From: Octopus sinensis
Taxonomy: Eukaryota
DNA length: 64,000 nucleotides
Assembly (NCBI RefSeq): GCF_006345805.1
Contig: NC_043014.1
Coordinates: 48,670,001 to 48,734,000, forward strand
Reading direction: 5' to 3'
Each line of letters starts with the position of its first letter. The stretch's first letter is position 1. The position numbers and the translations under genes are program-made. The notes under the pieces are model-generated. The model made no database searches. It was given only the letters and a program-made list of their open reading frames with translations, and was not told the origin of the DNA. This document shows, one piece after another, positions 12,036 to 23,091 of the stretch.

Positions 12036-15000
12036 TACACACACACATAACAGGCTTCTTTCAGTTTCCCTCAACCAAATCCACTCACAAGGTTCTGGTT
12101 GGTTTGAGGTTAGGATAGAAGACATTTGCCCAAGGTGCCACACAGTGGGACTGAACCTGAAACCATGTGGTTGGGAAACAAATTTTTCAACCACAAAGCC
12201 AAGCCTGCACCTATTAGTAATAAAAAATTAAAATGAAAATGTAGACGAGATAAGAGGAACTTACTTGGTGCTGGAGGTATGTTATCTACATCGATGTCTA
12301 AAAGCATTGGCCAACATCGTTTTCTGTTTGCACTTTTCAGAAGTCCTCCTGAACTGATGGCAAAACGCCGGAGTTGAGAAACAGAAAAAGTTGGATGATT
12401 TACGAAGTCTTTAAGTTTGGTATCTTTCTTCTCATCTCCTCCTGTAACAAGAAAAAAACAAAATTCAAACAGCAACAATGACTAATAAATTGTGATCTTA
12501 GATATGTTTCAAATAAAGATTGGTCCAGGCCATGTCTAACTTAATAGCTATTTCTTTACTACCCACAAGGAGCTAAACAAGGACAGACAAATGGATTAAG
12601 TCGATTACATCGACCCCAAAAGGATGAAAGGCAAAGTCGACCTTGGCGGAATTTGAACTCAGAACGTAGCAGCATAAATACCGCTAAGCATTTTGCCTGG
12701 TGTGCTAAGGTTTCTGCCAGCTCACCACCATTTCTAACTTAATAGCACCACCTGATGGGATTAGCTAAATCCTTAAGTCAAGTTTTGTGGCGTCATGGTC
12801 CATTCGAGTAAGGAGTTCTTGTTAAGCGAGTTGTTTCCAGGTATAGGTGGCTTATCTGGAATTCCTTGAAGAAATTTGTCCATTTTCCATTTAAAGGTGG
12901 TGGAATCTTGTTCCTCTTTGATCTGTTTCAGGACAGTGTTAAATAGGGCAGGGTTTGTTGAGGAAAAGAAATTGTGTTGTAGTGTATTTCTTTGCTGTGA
13001 CCCTAAAGTTAGGGACACTAAATATATTGTAAATAAATGCAAATATCTCCAAAGGAGTTTTTAAAGATTAGGGTTTATTTCTGATTTTGAAATGGAAGAG
13101 AGAAATCTCATCCGGGATAGATAACAAGTCTTCTGCAGATGTAACATCACCAGAGGATCCGATACCTAAGAGCATTGATGCAGTCTATTATAATAAGGAG
13201 TGAACCTGTCAATCTGTTACCCAAACACATACACAAACAAATAGGTAATTTCACAGCGCTGAGTGTTCGGTCTACCTTTATTAGCATTCTGTTAATTGTT
13301 CTCAAGGACCTGAAGAGGTGAGGGTTCCACAAGGTTTAGATGCCAAGGACATGCTGTATGTCATGACCAGTGCTATAGTAAGGCAGATACTATAGTGGAT
13401 AGAGCACCAGGACCAAATTGATATAAATTAATTATATGAAGATGAGAGTCTCCTTCTCTGCTACAACACCTAGACTTGAATGCATGTCAGACATTGCACG
13501 CGATCTATATATAATAGTTATGCTCCAATATATGATGAAAGGTCTTAAATAAATTTCAGACTACAACCTTAAGGGTCAAATCGATATCCACTTGGACATT
13601 TACCCTCCTCCTCCTACTACTATCTGTTAGCTTCAGTAATATTTGGTTAATAGCTGAATTCCTGAAACATGGATACACAGGAGCTATAGATAATGCAACT
13701 TTTCATAATAGTTTACAGCAGAGGTTCTCAAATATTTTTGGGCCACTACCCCACTTATGGTCACATAATACCCTCAGCACTCCACCCCTATTTTTATGTA
13801 TAAATAAAAATCTTATATTTTACTAATTTATATATACTATGAATCATTTGATATTTAATATTATATAATTTGTATACAATACCATAATAATATAAATTCA
13901 TAAGTGTCCCCCAATCCACTGCTCCTTTAGACACCAGCACCTACCTGGACCCTCTCAATACCCACCAGCGAGCAGTAGCACCTATTTTGAGTACCTATGC
14001 TGTACAGCTTCAAAAACCTAAGACTTTTTGGGGACACACATTTGTTTTATGTCCATTTTTTTCATGTTTGCATGGGTTAGACTGGTATGTTATCGAAGCA
14101 TTATTTTACAGCTGGATGCCCTTCCTGTCACTAACCTTTACCTGTTTTTTCAAGTAAAAGATCTCTTCTTTTTCATGGCTTTGAAGGTCCAATGCGAATG
14201 AATGATTGTTGACAAGAACCAACAATAACAACACTGTTTCTCACAAAATTAACTTTCTACACATGAAACCCTTTTGTTACCAAATTTCCATTGAAATACA
14301 ATGTCTTTGTATCAACTGATACAGAAAATAATGAAGAATTTTGTAAAATAACCTAGTAATTAATTATTAAGCTGATATTTGGAACAAATTAACAAGAAAT
14401 TTTGGCCGTTGCCAACCTCACCTGGCCCCCGTGCCGGTGGCACGTAAAAAGCACCATCCGTCCGTGGCCGTTTGCCAGCTCCATCTGGCACCTGTGCGGA
14501 TGGCACGTAAAAAGCACCCACTACACTTACGGAGTGGTTGGTGTTAGGAAGGGCATCCAGCCGTAGAAACACTGCCAGATCAGACTGGGCCTGATGCAGC
14601 CTTCTGGCTTCACAGACCCCAGTTGAACCGTCCAACCCATGCTAGCATGAAAAGCGGACGCTAAATGATGATGATGATTATCTCAAAACAAGTAGCGTAT
14701 ACCAGAGAACCAAGGGTGTTCTCACACAGGTTGGTATCAAAAGGATTAAGTGTATTTCACAAACCTAATTCTTAGTCATTCATCATCATTAAATATCTGA
14801 GTCCATATTGGAATGGGTTGGACAGTTTGACAGGATCGAGAGAGCCAGAAGACTGCACTGAGTTCTAATGTCTTCTTTGGCATAATTTCTACAGCTTGAT
14901 ACCCTTCCTAATACTAAACACTTTACAGAGTGTTTTGGGTGCTTTTTTGTGGGCCCCAGTACAAGTGAGGTCACCAAGTGACTAGTAAGACAAGCAGCCT

Positions 15001-17184
15001 TGAATGAGGGAGGGGGCACTTTGCACCAGGTTTTGGGAGGCTAAAATATGATAGGACAGGAATAGATGTCTTACTTTATGGGGAGATACCCGACTGCCCC
15101 AGCAGGAAAAGGAGAAAGGATTGTAGTGATGAGGTGTCACAGCTTACCCTGAAGGCAAAGAGGGTGGATAAAATAGGAATAGAGAAATGAGGATGGCTAT
15201 CATCATCATCATCGTTTAACATCCGCTTTCCACGCTAGCATGGGTTGGATGGTTCGAATGGGGTCTGGGAAGCCAGGAGGCTGCACCAGGCCCAGTCTGA
15301 TCTGGCAGTGTTTCTATAGCTGGGTGCCCTTCCTAACGCCAACCACTCTGTGAGTGTAGTGGGTGCTTTTTACGTGCCAGGCGAGGCTGGCAACGGCTAC
15401 GATCGGTTGGTGCTTTTTACGTGTCACTGGTACGGAGGCCAGTCGAGGTGGCGCTGGCAACGGCCACGTTCGGATGGCTCTTGTGAGGTAGATTTGCAAA
15501 GGTGTAAAAGGAAAGTGACACAGATGAAGAGAGAGGTGAATGCACTGAATGGTGAGCATATTCATTCCAACCAATTATTCATTTAAATCCAAATAATCAG
15601 ACAACCTCTCAGTATGTGTGCATATGTATCCATGTGTGTGTGTATGTTGTGAGAGATCATGTGACAGTACAATATGTGTAATTAACTTCTATAATTGCAC
15701 AAAGTCCATTGTTTCAGCCAAGCAACAGACCAAATTAAAATTTACAATAAAGAAAATACTTCGATGGAGATGAATTTTTGAAATGAGGGAGTAAGTGGCC
15801 TAAAAATTAGAATCCATTATTATCGAATTATTTCTAAGGTTAATAATTGCAGCGTGGAAGGTGTTTATAAGTCATTTAAGAAACACACAAAAACCGTTCG
15901 ATTCACTTCAACATTTAAATTTAATTTGTCAAAATATTTTCGTCGCTTTGAGACCGCAACCTGTTCATTGACAAAGCTTCGTGCTGCATCTCGAAGGCTA
16001 ATGTTTTACTAACTCAGCGATAATAAACATGTGTGATAACCATGTATCTCCCTAACACTAAGACATCTGTTCCTGTACCTCTATTGCATCTGAAACTCAT
16101 CACCTTCCATAAAGCCATTACTATTACACATTTAAGAAACTGGGGGTACTACTAGCGAACAGTGGTCCCGGTGCGCGCACTCGCGCTAGCTAGTCGTAAG
16201 TAATCGATCCTACAACGACCTGCACGTATGTTTGTATTTCAAGGCTGAATACATATCAAAGAAAATTAAATATTTTTCGAACAAAGTAAATAAAACGCAA
16301 AGTGAATAATTTTTTAAACTAAATAAATAAATTATTTTTATAAACAAACTAAGGTTAGGTTTAGGGTTAAAAAGTCGTTGTAGGATCGACTACTTACGAC
16401 TAGCTAGCGCGGATGAGCGAGTGCGCGCACCGGGACCACTGTTCGCTAGTAATACCGAAACTGGTACACATTAACACATACACAATAAATATTGGTTCCA
16501 AGTTTGGGCACAGGGCCAGCAAGATTTTGGTTAGGAGTTAAGTCGGTTACATTTACCCCCCCCCCAGTGTTCAACAGATTCTTATTTTCTAGACACGGAA
16601 AGGATGAAAGGTAAAATCGACTTCGGCGACAGACGAAAGGCTGCTAAGCATTTTACTGGGCGAGCTAACGATTCTGCCAGTTCGCTGCCCTACACAACGA
16701 ATATTAGGAACTAATTACACATACAAACACTAATAACTAATTATAAAATGTAGAAAAAACAAACAAACAAAAAACGCGGGAGCCAACGAAGGGGTAGTCG
16801 TTCGATATGCAAGAAATAATAGCCAAATCACTCACAAATCTCACTCGTCTTGAGAAAGAACACGAAACATTGGATGATATAAAGGTAGAAAAGCTAACCA
16901 AGACGAGATGGTCATGAATGAAAATAGGTATTCAACAACAACACCAGCAAGGCATAGACAGTATCTACGGTTACGTACGAAGGTATCATGTACTCGTGTA
17001 TCTTTCAATCTAAACCGAAGCATCAGTTACACAGGTGTTTTAGCTTTCAACTTCCCTGCTTTCAGATTTCTGGGAGAGAGATGCCTGCCAATAGCAACAG
17101 ATAAGCTGCTGCTTTTTTGTAACTATGTAAAACCGCCCCTGCCTCTTTCGGGGTGGAATAACTAGCCTAATTCTTCAAAAGTAT

Positions 17185-17215
<31 letters not shown>

Positions 17216-17318
17216 AACACACATACACACACACACACACACATATATATATACACACACACACACACATATATATACACACACACACATATATACACAC
17301 ACACACATATATATACAC

Positions 17319-17349
<31 letters not shown>

Positions 17350-17380
17350 TACACACACACACACACACACATATACACAA

Positions 17381-17425
<45 letters not shown>

Positions 17426-18119
17426 CCTGCTCGCTTAGCCAGTGGGGTGGCGTCATTCGAAGGCTAAAACAATGCGAACGCATTGTGACCAGCGATGTGT
17501 AACTACATCTGATGGTCTGGTCAGTCACGTTATATATATATATATATATATATAAACACACATATATATACGGAAGAAGGAGAGACTGAAAAGTTCTTGG
17601 CTTTTGGGTAAAAGAAAATACAGTGAGGGATCAGTTAATTATGATGTTATCTTCTCCTCAGATTCACTTATTGCTGCGGTCCTTCAGTTTTTTCAAAGTC
17701 CTGTAAAAGAACTCTGAAAGGTTGGACTTCCAGAAAGGTCTGTCGCGATAAGCCAGGTACTTTTCAGCAGCCCCTCATATGGAAAGGGGACATCGATATA
17801 TTCAAGTGTAAAAATGCACCAACCGACGCTTTACAAAGTGAAAACTTACACCTATGCAGAATTGAATCAGTTCTATAAATAGGCACTGTGTGTGTGTGTG
17901 TTTATGCATTTCAGCCCCCAAGGCTGTGGCCATGCTGCAGCAATCCCAGTGCCGTCGCCTTTTCAATGGTCTTTCTTATGTCATATGCTTTTCGTGAAAG
18001 AGAGAGTTCGATATGGCTACCCTCTTTAGAGAGGTTTCTTGCCATAATGTAGGTTCATCTCGGACCTTGAGCAGCAGGAGGTCAAAAAATATATACATAC
18101 ACATTATATGTCGATAAAG

Positions 18120-18154
<35 letters not shown>

Positions 18155-18989
18155 GTCCATATTCTAGCAGTTTGACAAAAAGATAACGAAATAATTATTG
18201 AGACCAATATGATTAAGAAAATTTTTCAAGCCAGTGCCCTAATATGACAGAAGTCAAAAGATTAAGAGTAAAATGCACACATATATATACATACATTGTG
18301 TGTGTGTATATATATATATATGTATGTATAAACAACATCCCAGGCAGCATTATGCATAAAATAGTTTGAGAGAAACAACGCCAAATTGGAGACTAAGATA
18401 ATGCTTCAAATTTTACACGACTAAATGAAAAAAGATATGAGTTGGAAAAACAGCGAATGTAACATTTGAGAGGAAAATATTACATAAAACAGCTGGAATG
18501 GCAAATACGGAACTTGGTCGTTCAAGCGTGTAGAAATAGCAGCCAAATCTCCTTCAAATTTACAAGCTGTATACAACAATGGTGACTAACATATTTCTGT
18601 AGTTTAAGTATTAAGGAAACGTGCGAACGATTTAGAAAAATTTTATCGAATTCTTTAAAAAAACTTACAAAGTTTTTTGGTCCTATTTATGTGGGTGGTT
18701 TTTTAAACGAATGAAACTTAAGAAATATATTACATAACACATACTTTTAAGGACTACGTACATACATATGCATATATATAAATATATATTGTATACATGT
18801 GTGTTTATATCTGAATGTCTATATACACACTTGAGTATAAACGAAAGGGCACTTTTACATACTGTAGAGTTTATGTGTGTGTATACACATTCACACACAT
18901 ATGTATGTATATACATAGATACAAGTATATAAGAACACATGTGTACAAACGTACACGTGTATGTATGTATGTATATATATATATATATA

Positions 18990-19022
<33 letters not shown>

Positions 19023-19262
19023 TTTCTCTCCTTGTTTCTATTCCTGAGCATTATACTAATACATCTGTTTGTTTTGTACACCACCTGTCTTCATCTTTTG
19101 TTTTTTTCGTAAACTCTCCCTATATATATATATATATTAATATTTATGAATGTGTGTATATATATATATATATATCTTAATATTTATGAATGTGTGTGTA
19201 TATATATATATCTTAATATTTATGAATGTGTATATATGTGTATGTATATATATACGTGTGTG

Positions 19263-19311
<49 letters not shown>

Positions 19312-19688
19312 CATTTATGAATATGTATATATATATATATTATGAATGTGTGTGTGTATATATATATATATATAACATTTATGAACGTGTGTGTGTATAT
19401 ATAACATTTATGAACGTGTGTGTATATATATAATATATATGAATGTGTGTATATATAATATATATGAATGTGTGTATATATAATATATATGAACGTGTGT
19501 GTATATATATGCTGTTACATACCAGGACGTTTGCACCTTGCTCCAACCGGTGAGCTTTGCACCGTTGAAAATTTAGAATCTCCATGAGAATTCGATTGAG
19601 GAGGCGATACATCAGCTTTAAACCGTTTACGTAAGACGAAATCCGTGTTGTCCAGAGCAGTCGGGTTCGGTTTGCTCTGCTGTAACAT
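2183..19688 (-). CDS. TBC1D20: TBC1 domain family member 20-like Rab GAP, spliced gene, 3'-incomplete in window (7 coding exons)
   Basis: Exons 19688-19523, 12441-12265, 10584-10504, 9371-9277, 7631-7540, 5153-5052 and 2324-2183 join in frame at GT-AG sites. Translation includes [55 protein letters not shown] and [40 protein letters not shown], all recognisable TBC1D20-family motifs. Confidence 0.95.
2404..2785 (-). mobile_element. Retroposon family C (ggttggcgttaggaagggcatcc core, variable internal repeats, (GAT)n tail)
   Basis: Shared core and (cat)n end. Further copies at about 10745-11050(+), 14410-14677(+), 15198-15480(-), 37838-38072(-), 39735-39983(+), 44395-44560(+), 48800-49107(+), 52633-53010(-), 60270-60663(+). 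Confidence 0.8.
2880..3420 (+). mobile_element. Degraded mariner-like transposon remnant
   Basis: Near 3122 the degenerate N-terminal HTH-like ..[12 protein letters not shown].. of mariner transposases, heavily interrupted. Confidence 0.4.
4210..5010. repeat. Compound about 30-bp minisatellite (ctaaactccactc.. then cccacaagcctcccattactctcacacct)
   Basis: Two adjacent tandem arrays, strongly strand-asymmetric. Confidence 0.9.
5052..5153 (-). CDS. TBC1D20: TBC1D20 coding exon 6
   Basis: 102 nt, acceptor tttgtttgccag, donor AA|GTAAGT; [33 protein letters not shown]. Confidence 0.93.
5628..5945 (+). mobile_element. CORE-type tRNA SINE
   Basis: Head ggcttagtggttag..aattcaattcc then tgtgtccttgagcaagacactttatttcac (CORE-domain-like); related minus copy at about 61260-61535. 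Confidence 0.7.
6441..7016 (-). mobile_element. SINE family B trimer (one full plus two head-truncated units)
   Basis: Junctions at 6611/6612 and 6785/6786; flanked by a 15-bp TSD catgctaacaa(t/c)tct. Confidence 0.9.
7540..7631 (-). CDS. TBC1D20: TBC1D20 coding exon 5
   Basis: 92 nt, acceptor tctcaag, donor AG|GTAAAT; [30 protein letters not shown]. Confidence 0.93.
7737..8121 (-). mobile_element. tRNA-derived SINE family A (about 400 bp, internal (TA)n(TG)n, (GAGTAAAA)n tail)
   Basis: Head ggcgcaggagtggctgtgtggtaag..ggttcagtccc with A/B boxes; at least 8 near-full copies in the window. Confidence 0.88.
8799..9200 (+). mobile_element. SINE family A, full length
   Basis: Family A consensus. 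Confidence 0.9.
9277..9371 (-). CDS. TBC1D20: TBC1D20 coding exon 4 (ends on Gln finger)
   Basis: 95 nt, acceptor tttttttag, donor CAG|GTTGGA; [31 protein letters not shown]. Confidence 0.95.
9445..9660 (+). mobile_element. CR1-type LINE 3' end
   Basis: ..[28 protein letters not shown] plus 3'UTR and (ATT)n tail. Confidence 0.75.
10016..10355 (-). mobile_element. RTE-clade LINE 3' fragment
   Basis: Minus strand encodes [55 protein letters not shown] (RTE ORF C-terminus) and ends in CAAGTACAAGTAAGTAAG. Confidence 0.85.
10504..10584 (-). CDS. TBC1D20: TBC1D20 coding exon 3 (Arg finger)
   Basis: 81 nt, acceptor ctgttccag, donor G|GTTTGT; [26 protein letters not shown]. Confidence 0.95.
11084..11304 (-). 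mobile_element. SINE family B, full length
   Basis: A/B-box tRNA-like head; central gtcgactttg(c/t)ctttcatcctttcggggtcgataaattaagtac resembling the Sauria/Ceph-type SINE conserved segment; 14-bp imperfect TSD. Confidence 0.88.
11745..11972 (-). mobile_element. SINE family B, full length
   Basis: Same consensus as 11084-11304. Confidence 0.85.
12265..12441 (-). CDS. TBC1D20: TBC1D20 coding exon 2
   Basis: Acceptor ttgttacag, donor A|GTAAGT; [58 protein letters not shown]. Confidence 0.95.
12549..12730 (-). mobile_element. SINE family B, internally deleted
   Basis: Head and tail of family B with a central deletion. Confidence 0.8.
12772..13340 (-). mobile_element. CR1/L2-group LINE 3' fragment
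   Basis: Minus ORF ..[57 protein letters not shown], a typical post-RT C-terminus. Confidence 0.7.
13719..13999. mobile_element. hAT-like MITE
   Basis: Ends cagaggttctcaaa / ttgagtacctatg; imperfect 8-bp TSD (g/c)t(t/g)tacag. Confidence 0.55.
15845..15995 (-). mobile_element. Probable Penelope-like terminal-repeat fragment with a hammerhead-like fold
   Basis: See finding 15925-15975; the Penelope assignment is inferred only from the ribozyme-like topology. Confidence 0.35.
16144..16456. mobile_element. MITE with about 75-bp TIRs and 8-bp TSD (MULE/hAT-like)
   Basis: TIRs 16145-16219 and 16374-16456; TSD gaaactgg at 16136 and 16457. Confidence 0.85.
17183..17422. repeat. (CA)n/(TA)n compound microsatellite
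   Basis: Direct inspection. Confidence 0.95.
17568..17779. mobile_element. Tc1/mariner-like MITE
   Basis: Imperfect TIRs (ta..gagactgaaaagt / acttttcagcagcccctcata) with TA ends. Confidence 0.5.
18950..19510. repeat. (TA)n/(TG)n compound array with tttatgaatgtgtg spacer
   Basis: Direct inspection; starts immediately after the TBC1D20 exon 1 donor. Confidence 0.9.
19523..19688 (-). CDS. TBC1D20: TBC1D20 coding exon 1 ([56 protein letters not shown])
   Basis: ATG at 19688 with an in-frame upstream TAA, 55 open codons +1 nt, donor G|GTATGT. Phase 1 matches the next exon. The sequence is not conserved, so the call rests on splice and phase logic. Confidence 0.75.
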
Positions 19689-19699
19689 ATTCAAGCGAC

Positions 19700-20030
19700 C
19701 ATATTAACAACCTATTCTGTCCATTTTCCGCACCTCGTCTCTTCCATGTCATCTACTTTCTCTTGCCTCCATGTGATATCAACCGCTTACGTCAACGACG
19801 AGCTGACACGGGATGGAAAAAAAAAAAACTTTTAAAAATTTAAATAATCATATTAATTAATATATATATACATATATATGTGCTAAAAAAATTATTTAAA
19901 GAATTTTGATTATATATATAATTAAAATAACTCTGTATTTTTTTGAAAATTACGTTTGTAAATTAAATGTTAAGTAATGTCTTAAGTTGAGGTTAACTTC
20001 ATCCGTGTCGCTTACGTCAGCTAGTATAAA
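19700..20030 (-). promoter_or_regulatory. Probable TBC1D20 5'UTR / proximal promoter
   Basis: CpG-containing non-repetitive patch just upstream of the ATG, with two copies of CGCTTACGTCA (CRE/ATF-like TGACGTAA) at 19784 and 20009. TSS position is inferred. Confidence 0.45.
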
Positions 20031-20091
20031 CATGTTGATATGTCATAACTTGTTGAGTGCGGTCTTATCTTTGTATTTTGTTTTAGAATCG

Positions 20092-20529
20092 AGAAAATTA
20101 TAGTTATTTTGGTATATTTTATTTTTATAAAAGTCGCTCAATGACTTTCTGAATTTACAAATAGACAATTTTTTATTGTTGGTTCACGAAAGAAAAGAAA
20201 AAAATTTAAGTTTTTCCGTTGGTATATTGAGAAGTTGCTTGACTGTTGCTGTAACTCAGTCACGCCATCACCCGCGGTAATTCTATGTTTTGGATTGTTT
20301 TGAAATTAGAAAATTATAGTTCTTTTGGTATATTTTATTTTTATAAAAGTCACTCAATGACTTTCTGAATTTACAAATAGACAATTTTTTATTGTTAGAT
20401 CTGGAAAGAAAAGAAAAAAATTAAAGTTTTTCCGTTGGTATATTGGGAAGGTGCTTGACTGTTGCTGTAACTCAGTCACGCCATCAGCCGCGGTAATTCT
20501 ATGTTTTGGATTGTTTTGAATTAGAAAAT
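20092..20529. repeat. Tandem duplication, period about 216 bp
   Basis: agaaaattatag at 20092 and 20308, partial third start at 20523. Confidence 0.9.
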
Positions 20530-21209
20530 ACCACTATTGTCCGTTGTAGAGTTAACTGAGGGACTGTAATTTTTTAACTAATTTTCATTATAATTATTCA
20601 TTTAGTTTAGTTAATTAAATACTTTATTAAAATTCTTGGTTATATGTTTCAAAACACAGATCTTGTTTTTCTTCCAACCACTTCAAGTATTTAAAATTTT
20701 CGCCAGGTATTTTTGGAAAATTGTAGTTTCGCATGCTGATAACGAAATTCTCGTTTGTTATCTTCACTTCTAATTCCATTCCCATCTTGGCTGTATTATA
20801 CAAATATGAATCTTGCAGAAGAGTCGTGCTTCGTATTACTGATCTAGGAAGGATGAAAGACAAAGCTGACTGCAGCGGAATTGGCAAAGGAGACCGATAG
20901 AATAAGTACTAGGCTTACAAAGAATAAGACCTGGGGGCGATTTGCTTGACTAAAGGCAGTGCTCCAGCATGGCCACAGTCAAATGACTGAAACGTGTAAA
21001 AGAGTAAAAGAATATAATAATTAAAATAAATCCATAGATCACACCTTTGGCAGCCGCAAGTTTTGCAATGTAAAGAAACTAAAAACTAACCTAAAGTAAT
21101 TGCCCTTGAAGTTGTAGATCACACACCAAAGTAGCTCCAATGTAACAGCAAAACTTCGTCTCAGTTTCACTTACCAGCATTTGATTTTAATATCATATTC
21201 ATGTTTATA

Positions 21210-21584
21210 GGCGCAGGAGTGGCTGTGTGGTAAGTAGCTTCCTAACCAACCACATGGTTCCGGGTTCAGTCCCACTGCGTGGCATCTTGGGCAAGTGTCT
21301 TCTGCTATAGCCCCGGGCCGACCAATGCCTTATGAGTGGATTTGGTAGACGGAAACTGAAAGAAGCCTGTCGTATATATGTATATATGTGTGTGTGTTTG
21401 TCCCCCTAGCATTACTTGACAACCGATGCTGGTGTGTTTACGTCCCCATCACTTAGCAGTTCGGCAAAAGAGACCAATAGGATAAGCACTGGGCTTACAA
21501 AGAATAAGTCCTGGGGTCGATTTGCTCGACTAAAGGCGGTGCTCCAGCATGGCCGCAGTCAAATGACTGAAACAAGTAAAAGAG
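21210..21584 (+). mobile_element. SINE family A, full length
   Basis: Family A consensus. Confidence 0.9.
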
Positions 21585-21976
21585 TTATAAAGTCCAATAT
21601 GGTTTACATTAAAAACTGTAATACTTCATTTATAATTTGATTTATCAAATTCTTGCTGTAAACATCAGATCTAGTGCAGGACACCTCACTATGTTGTATA
21701 AGTGTATAATAACCTATCCTAATAGTGCTAAGTGACTGATCAAGTATCTGGGGGAAACAAAACAACATAGTTTATGTAGCAGAAATAATTCATAATATTT
21801 GATTAGAGGAAACTGAATGAGCTCTGGAGTGTAATATTTTTCAGTCTCCCCATTACTGAAAGACATTTTTTTCCCACCATAACCCATTTTAAAACAAGTT
21901 CTTGTATGGTGAATACTGCAAGAAAACAGTAGTCAGAACACTAGCTTCAAAAATATCAAATTTTAAAATACAAATT

Positions 21977-22223
21977 TCTATATGTATAAAGCTGAAGTTG
22001 TCTGTGTATGGCAGGTTTGGTAGCCTTCAACTAACACTATCTCCTCCGAGACCCTGCAGCGCAAGTTGACCAAAATTGAGAGTATGATTTTCAGTGTATT
22101 TCAACCAGAAAAATGTTCACTTAAAGAGAATAACAAGCTACATAATGCAAAGTTTTTACTTTTCAAAAATTCCAATTCTAAAGGGTTGAAACAAACCCGA
22201 GCAATGCCAGGTGATACTACTAG
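21977..22223 (+). mobile_element. Non-autonomous Helitron-like element
   Basis: 5' TCTATATGTATAAAG, 3' cccgagcaatgccaggtgatactaCTAG followed by T; same architecture as 125-519. Confidence 0.6.
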
Positions 22224-22710
22224 TATTTAAATATTGGTAATCTAGACAAACAACTAAATGATTGAATATTACAGAAGTGTATGTAAATTTGGTGAAAATC
22301 TGTCAGTCAATATCGACAGACAGAAGTGTACAGTATTATATATCTATTACAGCTGATCTTACCAATCGGTTTCACACTAGGGGTTCAACAGAGTGTTAGG
22401 TAACAGTCTGATTATGTAACCCTCCACTCTTCAGAGGTAGTCATTTGGTAGCTAGGGTAAACCCCAACTGTTTTCTCTTGAAACACATCTGCTTATTCCA
22501 TTATCACAATCAATATATATCCATAGTTATTGTATGTAAATCAAAACACACATTGAAATAGGGAATTATGGAAATATTATTTGCAGCAGAGTTGTTGAAT
22601 AACAAAACAACAAAATGGAAATTTTTTACTATATTTATTCTCCATTACACATTTGATTTGCAAATAGAAATCACAAAGATCTACAAGTTACACACACACA
22701 CACACACATG

Positions 22711-23091
22711 AACTTATACTTGTGGTGACATACACCCTGGGCGGATTGAGTCGGCTTCTTCTACCACCCTCGAGGGTTGGAAGAAGTTTCGTGTGAATAT
22801 GTGGATTTCACAAGCGGTTGCCAACAATCCCGCATGTAGAGACATCCTGTTTGCCGCAGATTGTCCGCAGACGCAGGGACAGAATGACCGAGGAGCCGCC
22901 GGTTGCTAAAACAGACACTCTGAGAATTTTCACCAGAGCCCCGTCTTCCGGGTTGTGGCCCTAATACCACTTGGTGTCAGACCAATCCGCCTTAGGTGGC
23001 CCTACCAGGAACCGAATTTCCCGATGGCATAGCTCTGACACTACCCGTTGCCAGCATCCCCACCACGGTGAGGAGGGGATGGACTTTGGAT
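22711..23091 (-). mobile_element. Non-autonomous bipartite RTE derivative (5' UTR fused to 3' tail)
   Basis: 3' about 60 bp match the RTE tail at 10016-10083; 5' part has gagctatgcc..agggccacctaaggcgga..ggtc (BovB/RTE 5'UTR-like); 13-bp TSD acacacacacatg. Confidence 0.7.

Noticed and set aside
12110-12478. 122-aa ORF as a stand-alone gene
   Set aside because: Only 12265-12441 is TBC1D20 exon 2; the flanks are intron and SINE read-through
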